Below, one piece after another: positions 36,729-45,535 of a stretch of DNA of 64,000 nt; positions within the stretch are counted from its first letter, which is position 1, and the number at the start of each line of letters is the position of its first letter. The notes under the pieces are model-generated. The model was given only the letters and a program-made list of their open reading frames with translations, was not told the origin of the DNA and ran no database searches. This DNA comes from Thermoflexia bacterium (GTDB taxonomy: Bacteria; Chloroflexota; Anaerolineae; B4-G1; DUEL01). A program made the translations under genes and the position numbers. Location: assembly GCA_011192125.1 (NCBI GenBank), contig DUEL01000019.1, positions 2,374 through 66,373 on the forward strand, given 5' to 3'.

Positions 36729-37925
36729 ATGGACAGGACCTCCGATCAGGAAGCAAGGACGCCGACCACCCACGGCCCGCTCCTCCAGGCCCTCGTCGTC
36801 GCCGACCTGCTGAGTCCGATCTCCCCCGCCGCGCTCCTCCCCGCCCTGGTCGGCCTCTCCGCCATCGGTGCGTGGCCCTGGCACACTTCCTCCCTCCAGA
36901 TCGCAGCCGGTGCACTGACCCTCGCCACGATCCTTGTGGACGGTATCTCCCTCTCCCTCCTGCCCCGCTTCGGCCGCTCCTACGGTCCCCCCACCCCGCC
37001 GCTCTTCGCCCTGGCCCTGCTCCGCACCGGGATCACGTTCGCCCTGGGTGCGATCTATCCTACCTGGACCGGCTTCGCCCTCTGCACCCTCCTCCAGGTC
37101 GGACTCGTCGCCACCCAGGCTTATGCCACCTGGATCGAACCGGCCCGCCTCACCATCACGCACCAGCGATTGACCTCCCCCAAACTGCGAGGCGACGCCA
37201 CCCTGCGTCTCCTCCACATCAGCGACATCCACTTCGAGGGCTGGACCCCCAGAGAGAAACGGCTGTTGGAAACGGTGAAGGATCTCCACCCCGATCTCGT
37301 CCTGCTCACCGGCGACTACCTCAACCTATCCTCCGCCGATGACCCCGAAGCCCGCCAGGAGGTGCGCGACCTGCTCGCCCAGATCGCCGCCCAGGCCCCT
37401 ACCTACGCCGTCACCGGCAGCCCCCCGGTCGACCTGGCCCACATCGTCCCGTCCATCTTCGACGGACTCCCTATCACGTGGTTGATGGACAGAGCGGTCG
37501 AGGTCCACATCAACGGCCTCCACCTTCGACTGATCGGCCTGCGCTGCACCCGCGACCGGCACGCCGATGGGGCGCGGCTACGACGACTCCTGCCCGACGA
37601 CACCGGCGACCTGTTCACCGTCCTCCTCTACCACTCCCCTGACCTGATGCCCGACGCGGTGGCGTGCGGGATCGACCTCTACCTGGCTGGTCATACCCAC
37701 GGGGGCCAACTCCGCCTCCCCCTCTTCGGCGCGCTGGTCACCAGTTCCGACTTCGGGAAACGGTATGAGATGGGACTCTATCGGGAGGGCAACACCGCCC
37801 TCTACGTCAGCCGAGGTCTGGGAATGGAGGGGCTGGGCGCACCCCGCGCCCGCTTCCTCGCCCCGCCGGAGATCATCGTATGGGACCTGGAGGCCGATCG
37901 ATCCAGGGTCCACAATGGAAGGTGA
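36729..37925 (+). CDS. Membrane-anchored metallophosphoesterase
   Basis: Start at MDRTSDQ. ~4 TM helices, then LLHISDIHFEG, LLTGDYLN and AGHTHGGQ. Confidence 0.8.
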   Translation: MDRTSDQEARTPTTHGPLLQALVVADLLSPISPAALLPALVGLSAIGAWPWHTSSLQIAAGALTLATILVDGISLSLLPRFGRSYGPPTPPLFALALLRTGITFALGAIYPTWTGFALCTLLQVGLVATQAYATWIEPARLTITHQRLTSPKLRGDATLRLLHISDIHFEGWTPREKRLLETVKDLHPDLVLLTGDYLNLSSADDPEARQEVRDLLAQIAAQAPTYAVTGSPPVDLAHIVPSIFDGLPITWLMDRAVEVHINGLHLRLIGLRCTRDRHADGARLRRLLPDDTGDLFTVLLYHSPDLMPDAVACGIDLYLAGHTHGGQLRLPLFGALVTSSDFGKRYEMGLYREGNTALYVSRGLGMEGLGAPRARFLAPPEIIVWDLEADRSRVHNGR

Positions 37926-37928
37926 ACG

Positions 37929-39296
37929 ATGTGCAAGGAGATCTACACCGACATCGAGGCCCACAAGACCGCCTATCTCGTCCGTTTGAAGCGTCTCCTG
38001 ACCCAGCCCAGCATCTCTTCTCAGGGTGTAGGGTTAGGCGAGACCGCCGACCTGCTGACCGGGATGCTGCGGTCCCTCGGCTTCAAGGTCGAGCAGGTCC
38101 CCATCGACGGCCCACCGGTCATCGTGGCCCAGATGGAGGGGAAACGACCCGAGAGGCTGCTTTTCTACAACCATTACGACGTCCAGCCGGTGGACCCGCT
38201 GGAGGAGTGGACCACCCCACCCTTCGAACCGACGGTTCGGGAGGGGAAACTCTACGCTCGGGGCGCGGCGGACAACAAAGGGGCCATCGCCGCCCGCCTG
38301 GGCGCCATCGAATCCTACCTGCGCGTCCACGGCTCCCTGCCGGTGGGATTGACCTGGATCATCGAGGGTGAGGAGGAGATCGGCAGCCCCCACCTTCACC
38401 AGTTTGTCGAATCCCAGCGCGAACTCCTGGAAGGCGCGATCGGATGCGTGTGGGAGGCAGGAGGGAAAAACGCCCGCGACCGGTACGAGATCGCTCTGGG
38501 ATGCAAGGGGATGCTGTACCTGGAACTGCGGGTGAAGGGAGCTGCCCGCGACCTCCATTCGGCGATGGCTGCCACCGTCGTCAACCCCGCCTGGCGGCTA
38601 CTGTGGGCGTTGAACAGCATCAAGGGGCCCGACGGAGCGATCCGCATTCCAGGGTTCTACGACGACGTCCGCCCTCCCACCGACGCCCAACGTCAGGCCC
38701 TCGCCGAATGGGAATATCCTGAGGAAGAGGTGCGCGCTCTTCTTGGAATCGACGCGTTCCTGGATGGACTGACCGGTATGGCGCTGAAAGAACGGCTCAT
38801 CTTCGCCCCAACCTGCAACATCGACGGTTTCCACGCAGGATACGCCGGTCCGGGCTCGAAGACGGTCCTCCCCGCCAGAGCCTACGCTAAGGTGGACTTC
38901 CGCCTAGTGCCCGACCAGCGACCTGAACGCGTGGTGGAGCAACTGAGAGAGCATCTGGACAGAGCAGGCTTCGACGATGTGGAGATCGTCTGGTGGAATG
39001 GAGAGGCACCGGCAGCGGGGGATCCAGACCATCCATTCGTGAAGGTCGCGGTACGTACAGCAGAGGTGGTTTACGGCCACCGCCCAACGGTGCTGCCGAT
39101 GATGGCCGGCACCGGGCCGGTGCATCTCCTGTGCGGGCAGTTTGGGGTACCGATCGTGACCGCCGGTATCGGCTATGCCGATTCCCGGGGCCACGCTCCT
39201 AATGAGAACATCCGACTTGAGGATTTCTACGAAGGGGTCCGCTACATCGCCACGCTGTTGGCCTATCTCGATCGGTCCGATCCTGAACGGCTATGA
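37929..39296 (+). CDS. M20-family dipeptidase/acylase
   Basis: 455 aa. NHYDVQPVDPLEEWTTPPFEPTVREGKLYARGAADNKG is typical M20. Confidence 0.85.
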   Translation: MCKEIYTDIEAHKTAYLVRLKRLLTQPSISSQGVGLGETADLLTGMLRSLGFKVEQVPIDGPPVIVAQMEGKRPERLLFYNHYDVQPVDPLEEWTTPPFEPTVREGKLYARGAADNKGAIAARLGAIESYLRVHGSLPVGLTWIIEGEEEIGSPHLHQFVESQRELLEGAIGCVWEAGGKNARDRYEIALGCKGMLYLELRVKGAARDLHSAMAATVVNPAWRLLWALNSIKGPDGAIRIPGFYDDVRPPTDAQRQALAEWEYPEEEVRALLGIDAFLDGLTGMALKERLIFAPTCNIDGFHAGYAGPGSKTVLPARAYAKVDFRLVPDQRPERVVEQLREHLDRAGFDDVEIVWWNGEAPAAGDPDHPFVKVAVRTAEVVYGHRPTVLPMMAGTGPVHLLCGQFGVPIVTAGIGYADSRGHAPNENIRLEDFYEGVRYIATLLAYLDRSDPERL

Positions 39297-39563
39297 ACGG
39301 AGGGGGTGACGCTCGGGCACATTTCGCTTCCAGGCACGCAGAAGAAGCGATACCTCGCGATAGAGGCCCAAGTCCGTCCCCAGCCAGGTGGTCAGTTCCT
39401 GCCTCGTTGGCCGATTGCCGTTCCAGTCCCCACCTGTGGCACGCTCGGCGACCAGCTGGAGGAAACGGCTCCGCCAGGGCTCGCTCAAGGAAAACAGGTC
39501 ATCCACCAGCCTCTCAATATCTTTCTGCACGCTCAACCACCTGATCACGTCTCCTCCGATCAA
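39291..39563 (-). CDS. Hypothetical Trp-rich 90-aa protein
   Basis: Natural-looking composition (DIERLVDDLFSLSEPWRSRFLQLVAERATGGDWNG...). Only TTG/GTG starts are available, and I recognise no family. Confidence 0.4.
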   Translation of the reverse strand: MIGGDVIRWLSVQKDIERLVDDLFSLSEPWRSRFLQLVAERATGGDWNGNRPTRQELTTWLGTDLGLYREVSLLLRAWKRNVPERHPLRS

Positions 39564-39662
39564 GCCGCACTGGCAGCAGAGCGGGCTTGCCCCCGTCAGA
39601 CAGCGAGGGCAAACCCATCATCTCCCGTGGTGGCGATAGGAGAGCAACTAAAAGGCTGATGC

Positions 39663-39869
39663 TCAGATCCCACAAGCGACCGCCTGGCACAGAGCGCCAG
39701 CCAGCGCCTCCACCGTATCGGCCCGCACCGAGAGCACTGCTCGCCGTTCCGCCTCTGTCAAATCCAGCGAAGCGAGGACCTCACCTCGCTGACCGTTCAA
39801 CAACCGGCCACGAAAAGCGGGGTCCGTCAACGCTGCCCATACTAGCTCATCGATCTTCCGCGTCGGCAT
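39663..39869 (-). CDS. Small NHLP/LigA-like protein (68 aa) ending in CQAVACGI
   Basis: ATG at 39869 behind AAGGAG. IDELVWAALTDPAFRGRLLNGQRGEVLASLDLTEAERRAVLSV resembles NHLP-clan / LigA-like small proteins. Confidence 0.65.
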   Translation of the reverse strand: MPTRKIDELVWAALTDPAFRGRLLNGQRGEVLASLDLTEAERRAVLSVRADTVEALAGALCQAVACGI

Positions 39870-39916
39870 GGGTACTCCTTTCAACGCAAACTCCCCTTAT
39901 ATATGAGCGTTATCCG

Positions 39917-40177
39917 TTAGGTCGCGCTGCTCCCACCGCCTACGGGCGGGTTCGCCAATAGACCCAGATCCCCGATCCCTGTCGCGCTGCTCCCACCGCC
40001 TACGGGCGGGTTCGCCAGCAGGTCCGAGCCCCCGACCCCCGTCGCGCTGCTCCCACCACCTACGGGCGGGTTGGCCAGCAATCCTACCGAGCGCGAATCA
40101 CCGATGCCCAGCACGAAGGCTGCCACCAGCACCGTCACGACGACGATCACTACAAACCGGCCCAGTCCTCTGTCCAT
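39917..40177 (-). CDS. Exported 86-aa peptide with three tandem LLANPPVGGGSSATG repeats
   Basis: Strong SD AAGGAGGGAGGG. N-terminal hydrophobic signal/anchor FVVIVVVTVLVAAFVLG. Three in-frame 20-codon repeats run to the stop codon. Confidence 0.7.
   Translation of the reverse strand: MDRGLGRFVVIVVVTVLVAAFVLGIGDSRSVGLLANPPVGGGSSATGVGGSDLLANPPVGGGSSATGIGDLGLLANPPVGGGSSAT
39921..40077 (-). repeat. 3 x 60-bp tandem repeat (37-bp conserved core + ~23-bp variable linker)
   Basis: Cores at 39921-39957, 39981-40017 and 40041-40077. Copies 1 and 2 are identical over 37 nt; copy 3 differs at 2 positions. Confidence 0.9.
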
Positions 40178-40216
40178 CTTACCCTCCCTCCTTACACTGC
40201 TGATAAGTTTCTCCGC

Positions 40217-40255
40217 TTTATATTATCAGGGAAACCTCTGAACAAACCTCTGAAC
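40217..40255 (-). promoter_or_regulatory. Candidate promoter of the repeat-peptide gene with a perfect tandem 12-mer over the -35
   Basis: Minus strand: GTTCAGAGGTTT x2 (40255-40232), -35 TTGTTC (40245-40240), 17-nt spacer, -10 TATAAA (40222-40217). The inverted repeat CTGATAA-N16-TTATCAG (40229-40200) spans the -10. Confidence 0.5.
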
Positions 40256-40280
40256 ATAAAAGGCCGCCGTTTGGCGGCCT
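40256..40280 (-). terminator. Rho-independent terminator after the STAND/SARP regulator gene
   Basis: Minus strand: AGGCCGCC-AAAC-GGCGGCCT followed by TTTTAT. Confidence 0.7.
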
Positions 40281-40318
40281 CCTAAATAGAGATGGTAGTT
40301 TACATCTTGGAGAAGGGG

Positions 40319-43300
40319 TTAACCCGCCGCCTTTCCAGCGATTTCCCAAAACAATGATTCTGTCTCCTCCGAGGGTTCGACACCCAGTTCACTAAGGAGG
40401 ATTTCCCGACATTGATGGTACTGCTTGATCGCCTCGGAACGTCGGCCTGCCTCCTTGTAGCAGAGCATGATCTGCCGGTGCACGTCTTCCCGCAACCTGT
40501 CCACCTCAAGCGCGCGTCGGAACCATTCGATGGCCTCCTCCCACTCTCGCCGTGCTTCATGGCAGCGCCCCACCCCGATCAGCGCCTCTACGTACATCTG
40601 CCGGAGGACCTCTCGCTTCGGGACACACCACAGCCGGCTCACCTCAGGCAGGAAATCCCCTTGGTAGAGCGTCACCGCCCGCCGCCACAGATCCTCCGCC
40701 CGCCAATCGTGATACGGCAACAGCCGTGCCTGTTCGACCAACGCCTCGAACTCCTCCACGTCGAACCAATAATCCACATCGCCCAACCGATACCGCCCCT
40801 CCTCTACTACGATGACCCCCTCCCCCACCGCTCGACGGATCCGATAGAGGGTCGAATGAAAATTGTCGATCATCTTTTTCGGGGGCAGGTCGGGCCAGAA
40901 GACCAGGCCGATCGCATCCCTCTCAACAGGGCCGTTTAACACGATGTAGAAAAACAACTCTTTTGCCATCGCTGCTCGCCAGTCGGACGAGGAGACCTCC
41001 TCCCCATCCCGAACGACCCGTCCCCCCCCCAATGCGTAGATCTCCAACCGCCCTCCTACTTCCTCTTTTTCTTCCGAGGGACCTGCGGATCGAATCCAAG
41101 CCACGGCGAAAGACCTCAGACGGTTGATCTTCTCGAGAGTTTCCTGGCAATTCAACCCTTCTGCAACACCCAACTGGAGGAGATCCTCCGCGTGCTGCCC
41201 CTCCACCACGATAGATTGATCAGTGCCGATCTCCGCTGCCAAAGCCAGGGCTTTCTCCAACGCCCCCAACGCCTCCTCCTGCCTCCCGGCCCTCAGGAAG
41301 GCCTTTGCCAGCAAGAAGCGAGCCCGGGCCGCCTCTCGCCTCGCTCCTCGTCGCTCCAAGAACCGAATCGCCTTCGCAAGAAGATCGATGCCTGCCTCGA
41401 CCTGCCCATCTTCCACCAGCAGGATCCCCTCTGCCAGAGGCAACAACCCGTGCTTCTCCAGATCCAGGCCCTCCCCCTCCACCATCTGCCGGGCTTGTCC
41501 CAGCAGGGCAAACGCCCGCGTCCGCTGTCCTCGCCAGCGGTACATATCTGCCCGTGCCAGGAGAATGTAGAAGGCCAGTCCAGGCTCACTCTTCCAGGCG
41601 ATCTGCCATCCGGCGTGATAGAGCGGCTCCGCGCGGTCATACGCCCCAATGTCTCGATACAGATCTGCCATTCCCACCAGAACGTTGGCCTGAAGCCAGG
41701 ACACGTTCCCTCGCCGGGCGGCAGCCAAACCCTCCTCATATAAAGCCAGCGCTTCGCGATACTCCCCTCGCACATAGTGAAGCCATCCCAGATTGTTCAA
41801 CACCCCAGCCAACTGGGCAGGCGCTCCTAGCCGCCGAGCGATGGCGAGGGCTTCGTTCAAACGGGAGGCAGCTTCTTCCAGCCGCCCCTGCGTGAAAAAG
41901 GCCAAGGTCAAATCCTGCAGGAGGTTGAAAACATCATAGAGACTGCCAGCCTCCCGGAACAAAGCCAGCGCCTGCTCCAGCATCGCGATCCCTTCCGAGA
42001 GCCGCCCCAGCCCGATGTACGCGCGGCCGATGTGCCGCTGTGCGTTGGCCCGCTCGATCGTCTCCCGCTCCCCCGCTGTCTCCAACGCGGTGCGGGCCTC
42101 CTGCATCGCCTCTTGGTAGTGCCCGGTGAAAAGGTTCAACGTCGCCCGCTGATTGTAGACCTTGGCCAGACTCGCCACGTCCCCTCGGGCAAGGAACCCT
42201 GCCTCGGCGTAGGCCAACGCCCGCTGCGCCCCCTCGTAATCGTACTGATCGGTCAACAACCGACTCTGGAACAGCATCAGCCGCGGGGCCCGCTCCTTCA
42301 CATGCTCGGGCAGGCTCTCTGCCCAGCGAAGCAGCGTCTCCGTCCGCCCCCGGGTGAACCACTCCATCGCTACCTGTTCCATCAACGAGGTAGCCTCCGA
42401 ATACGCTTCTGCCGCCAAATAGTGATACACCGCCTCTTCGACATCGTCCTCCCGCTCAAACCACCGGGCAGCCAGCAGATGGAGCTCCGCATACCGTCCC
42501 GGGTCCTGACGGCGCAACCGCTGATGCAGGAAATCTCGAAACAGGCCGTGATACCGGTACACCGCTTTCGGACCCGCCCCAAAGCGGGTGACGAAAAGGT
42601 TCCGCCGCTCCACCTCCGCCAGAAACGGACCCGCGTCCTCGATCTGCAGCGCCCGACGACACAGGCGAACCGACATCTCTCGCAACACGGAGGAGGTGTA
42701 GAGGAAATACTGAACATCGGGGGGTTGCCGGTTCAACACCTCCTGAGCCAAGTACTCATAGGTCTCGGTCGTCACCCTGCCGGATGCCAGCAGCGCCGTG
42801 GGTGTCCGATCCCGCAGGAGGCCGGCTAGGAGCAACACCCCCATGATCCAACCCTCAGCGTTCGCAGCGAGGGCCTCCGCTTCCTCCGCCGAGATCTCGA
42901 TCTTCGAGAGCTCAAGAAGGTCGCGGATCTCCCCGGGGGTGAACCGAAGGTCCGGCCCCGCCAGACCGACCAACTGACGCTGGGCGACCAGCCGGGTCAC
43001 CGGGACCTCCGGCAGCACACGACTGCCGATCATCAGGTGGCAGTTCGCGGGGAGAACCTCCAGTAGGCGGTTGAGGAACCCCCTCAACCCGTAGGCACCA
43101 TCTATCTCCTCAAAGTTGTCCACTATGAGGACGAACTCGACGGCCAGATCCGCGATCTCGTTGGTCAATGCTCCAGCCACCGGCGTAGGATCGCGGAAAA
43201 TAGCGCTGGAGACCCCCTCCAGCGTGGTGAGGGTGCGTTCGCCGAAGCCAGGGAACCGCTCGGCTATGGCTCCCACCAAGTAGTTGATGAACGTGCCCAG

Positions 43301-43528
43301 GTCTCGATCCCGCTCATCAACCGTGTACCAGCAGACCGGTAACGGAGCCCGTCGGGCAAAGTCCACCAGAGCCGAGGTCTTGCCATATCCCGCCGGGGCA
43401 GAGACGATGGTCAACTTGACCCTCGCACCCTGCTCCAGAATGGAGCAAACTCGTGGTCGGTGCAGAAGGGTAGCAGGGGTAGGGATAGCCAGTTTGGATC
43501 GGATCAGGATCGGCCTGGAAGTCTCCAA
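40319..43528 (-). CDS. MalT-like STAND ATPase + TPR array + C-terminal OmpR-type wHTH/BTAD (SARP) regulator
   Basis: 1069 aa. P-loop IVSAPAGYGKTSALVDF, many TPR-like helices, and a C-terminal DVDYWFDVEEFEALVEQAR...LYQGDFLPE...ELGVEPSEET typical of BTAD. Confidence 0.85.
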   Translation of the reverse strand: METSRPILIRSKLAIPTPATLLHRPRVCSILEQGARVKLTIVSAPAGYGKTSALVDFARRAPLPVCWYTVDERDRDLGTFINYLVGAIAERFPGFGERTLTTLEGVSSAIFRDPTPVAGALTNEIADLAVEFVLIVDNFEEIDGAYGLRGFLNRLLEVLPANCHLMIGSRVLPEVPVTRLVAQRQLVGLAGPDLRFTPGEIRDLLELSKIEISAEEAEALAANAEGWIMGVLLLAGLLRDRTPTALLASGRVTTETYEYLAQEVLNRQPPDVQYFLYTSSVLREMSVRLCRRALQIEDAGPFLAEVERRNLFVTRFGAGPKAVYRYHGLFRDFLHQRLRRQDPGRYAELHLLAARWFEREDDVEEAVYHYLAAEAYSEATSLMEQVAMEWFTRGRTETLLRWAESLPEHVKERAPRLMLFQSRLLTDQYDYEGAQRALAYAEAGFLARGDVASLAKVYNQRATLNLFTGHYQEAMQEARTALETAGERETIERANAQRHIGRAYIGLGRLSEGIAMLEQALALFREAGSLYDVFNLLQDLTLAFFTQGRLEEAASRLNEALAIARRLGAPAQLAGVLNNLGWLHYVRGEYREALALYEEGLAAARRGNVSWLQANVLVGMADLYRDIGAYDRAEPLYHAGWQIAWKSEPGLAFYILLARADMYRWRGQRTRAFALLGQARQMVEGEGLDLEKHGLLPLAEGILLVEDGQVEAGIDLLAKAIRFLERRGARREAARARFLLAKAFLRAGRQEEALGALEKALALAAEIGTDQSIVVEGQHAEDLLQLGVAEGLNCQETLEKINRLRSFAVAWIRSAGPSEEKEEVGGRLEIYALGGGRVVRDGEEVSSSDWRAAMAKELFFYIVLNGPVERDAIGLVFWPDLPPKKMIDNFHSTLYRIRRAVGEGVIVVEEGRYRLGDVDYWFDVEEFEALVEQARLLPYHDWRAEDLWRRAVTLYQGDFLPEVSRLWCVPKREVLRQMYVEALIGVGRCHEARREWEEAIEWFRRALEVDRLREDVHRQIMLCYKEAGRRSEAIKQYHQCREILLSELGVEPSEETESLFWEIAGKAAG

Positions 43529-43618
43529 GGTGGGACTCCTACACTGCCTTACAAGACCTATGCGGTTCCCGATACAGGCACACAGAGCACTCGGAGTGTT
43601 CCAACCCGCCTACCAGGA

Positions 43619-44284
43619 TCAATAGGCGACCACGACCGTAACGTTGCCCTCTCCCCACGTCTCCACCTGTCCATCCGGGCCCAACGCCAATGCGACTCCA
43701 TCCGGAATGCCGAGCCCCAGCATCCCTGGCCACCTTCGTAGCACCCTGCGCAACTGGGGTTCCTGCTCTGCGTCGCGGAAGCGGGGGATCACGACGCCCC
43801 CCCGGATCCAACCCCACCCCTGCTCGCCAACCGGATCCGGCCCTTCGTTCACGGCGAGAACCCATTCGCCCAACGGGGCGGCTCCTGCCCCCACCCCCAC
43901 GATCGTCGCCCCCCGTGCGAAGGCCTCCGCCACACCATACAACGCCGGCGTGCCGCGAAGGACTCGGGCTAACGTGATGCCGTCTCCATCCTCCAGAAGG
44001 ATCAGGCCGGCCTCCGCCAACAGCCGCTCATTCTCTTCCTCCTGGGCATCCGCGGGGGTGAAGACCGGCACGACGTAGCCGCGAGGCCCGCCGAGGTCAG
44101 CATACTCGTCGAGGAGCCGCTCCCCCCACGCTGCTGATCCACTGGCGGTAGGCAGAATGGCGATGGGACGGGAGAAGTCGGCGCGGGCCAGGAGGCGATC
44201 GCTCGCCTCAGGCACCTCCTCGCCCCCCATCAGCACCAGCCACCCGGCACCGGTAGCCCAGCGCAACGGGCCTGCCTTCGTCAT
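43619..44284 (-). CDS. Peptidase S51 (cyanophycinase/PepE)-like protein, nucleophile motif degenerate
   Basis: Start set at MTKAGPLRW. Overall S51 pattern (LVLMGGEE...ILPTAS...). The expected G-x-S-A-G-A reads GVGAGA, and GGDQ reads DGDG. Confidence 0.6.
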   Translation of the reverse strand: MTKAGPLRWATGAGWLVLMGGEEVPEASDRLLARADFSRPIAILPTASGSAAWGERLLDEYADLGGPRGYVVPVFTPADAQEEENERLLAEAGLILLEDGDGITLARVLRGTPALYGVAEAFARGATIVGVGAGAAPLGEWVLAVNEGPDPVGEQGWGWIRGGVVIPRFRDAEQEPQLRRVLRRWPGMLGLGIPDGVALALGPDGQVETWGEGNVTVVVAY

Positions 44285-44368
44285 CGCCCTCCTTTCGCAG
44301 GAAGATTCTACCACAGTGTTGCGAGGGGACAAGAGGCCCCCCTGCAAAATCACCCCTTTTTGCGATCC

Positions 44369-44396
44369 TTGACGCGCCGCCTTTCTGAGTTATAAT
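44369..44396 (+). promoter_or_regulatory. Candidate prfA promoter TTGACG-16 nt-TATAAT
   Basis: Read directly. A GGCGGCC-agag-GGCCGCC hairpin follows in the leader. Confidence 0.55.
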
Positions 44397-44449
44397 ACCC
44401 CTCGCCGAAGGGGGCGGCCAGAGGGCCGCCATTTCTGTGAGGCACGACG

Positions 44450-45535
44450 ATGTGGGAACGACTGCAAGAGATCGAAAGACGATACGAGGAACTGGGGCGT
44501 CTGCTGGCGGACCCGGCCGTAGCCTCGGATCCAGCACGCCTGACCGAACTGGCCCGCGAGCACAGCAGCCTGGAGGAACTGGTCACGCTCTACCGGGAGC
44601 ATAGGAACCTCCAGCAGGAACTGGAGGAGACGCGATCCCTGTTGGACGAAGGGGATCCGGAACTACGAGAACTGGCTGAAACGGAGGTCTCCAGGCTGGA
44701 AGAACAGTTGGAAGATCTGGAACGACGGCTGCGGTTACTCCTCCTGCCAAAGGATCCCCGCGACGAGCGGGACGTCATTATGGAGATCCGCGCCGGTGCG
44801 GGAGGAGACGAAGCAGGGCTCTTCGCCGCCGACCTGTATCGGATGTACACCCGGTATGCCGAGCGCCAGGGATGGAAGACGGAACTCCTGAGCGCCCACC
44901 CCACCGGCATCGGCGGCTTCAAAGAAGTGATCTTCGAGGTCCGGGGGAAGGGAGCTTTCTCCCGCCTCAAGTTCGAGAGCGGCGTCCATCGGGTCCAACG
45001 GGTTCCCGTCACCGAATCCTCCGGCCGCATCCACACCTCCACCGCCACCGTCGCCGTCCTGCCAGAGGCGGAGGAGGTGGAGATCCACATCGATCCGAAG
45101 GAGCTGGAGATCGAGGTCTACGGTGCCTCCGGCCCCGGCGGCCAGCATATGCAGAAGAACGCCACCGCCGTGCGCATCACCCACAAACCCACCGGCATCG
45201 TCGTCGCCTGCGAGTCGGAGCGGTCCCAGACCCAGAACAAGGCACGGGCGATGGCCATCCTGCGAGCCCGACTCTACGAGATCGAGCGACGCAAGCAGGA
45301 AGAAGAGATCGCCCAAACCCGACGCAGCCAGGTGGGCACCGGGGAACGGAGCGAAAAGATCCGCACATACAACTTCCCCCAGAACCGGGTCACCGACCAC
45401 CGTATCGGCCTGACCATCTATCGGTTGCCGGATGTGTTGGATGGGGATCTGGACCTTCTTATCGAGGAACTGATCGCTCACGAACAAGAGGAGCGGCTGA
45501 AGGAGATCGCGGAGAGGGAACCGGAGGCTACGTGA
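44450..45535 (+). CDS. prfA: Peptide chain release factor 1
   Basis: 361 aa. GGQ motif [11 protein letters not shown] and RF1-type P-x-T tripeptide (PVT). Confidence 0.95.
   Translation: MWERLQEIERRYEELGRLLADPAVASDPARLTELAREHSSLEELVTLYREHRNLQQELEETRSLLDEGDPELRELAETEVSRLEEQLEDLERRLRLLLLPKDPRDERDVIMEIRAGAGGDEAGLFAADLYRMYTRYAERQGWKTELLSAHPTGIGGFKEVIFEVRGKGAFSRLKFESGVHRVQRVPVTESSGRIHTSTATVAVLPEAEEVEIHIDPKELEIEVYGASGPGGQHMQKNATAVRITHKPTGIVVACESERSQTQNKARAMAILRARLYEIERRKQEEEIAQTRRSQVGTGERSEKIRTYNFPQNRVTDHRIGLTIYRLPDVLDGDLDLLIEELIAHEQEERLKEIAEREPEAT

Noticed and set aside
39921-40077. The repeat-spacer look of the 3 x 60-bp units (37-bp repeat, 23-bp spacer) suggested a mini CRISPR array.
   Set aside because: There are only three units, and the 23-bp spacers are too short and related to one another. 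The period is exactly 20 codons inside an ORF with a strong SD and a signal/anchor helix. No cas genes or leader are present.
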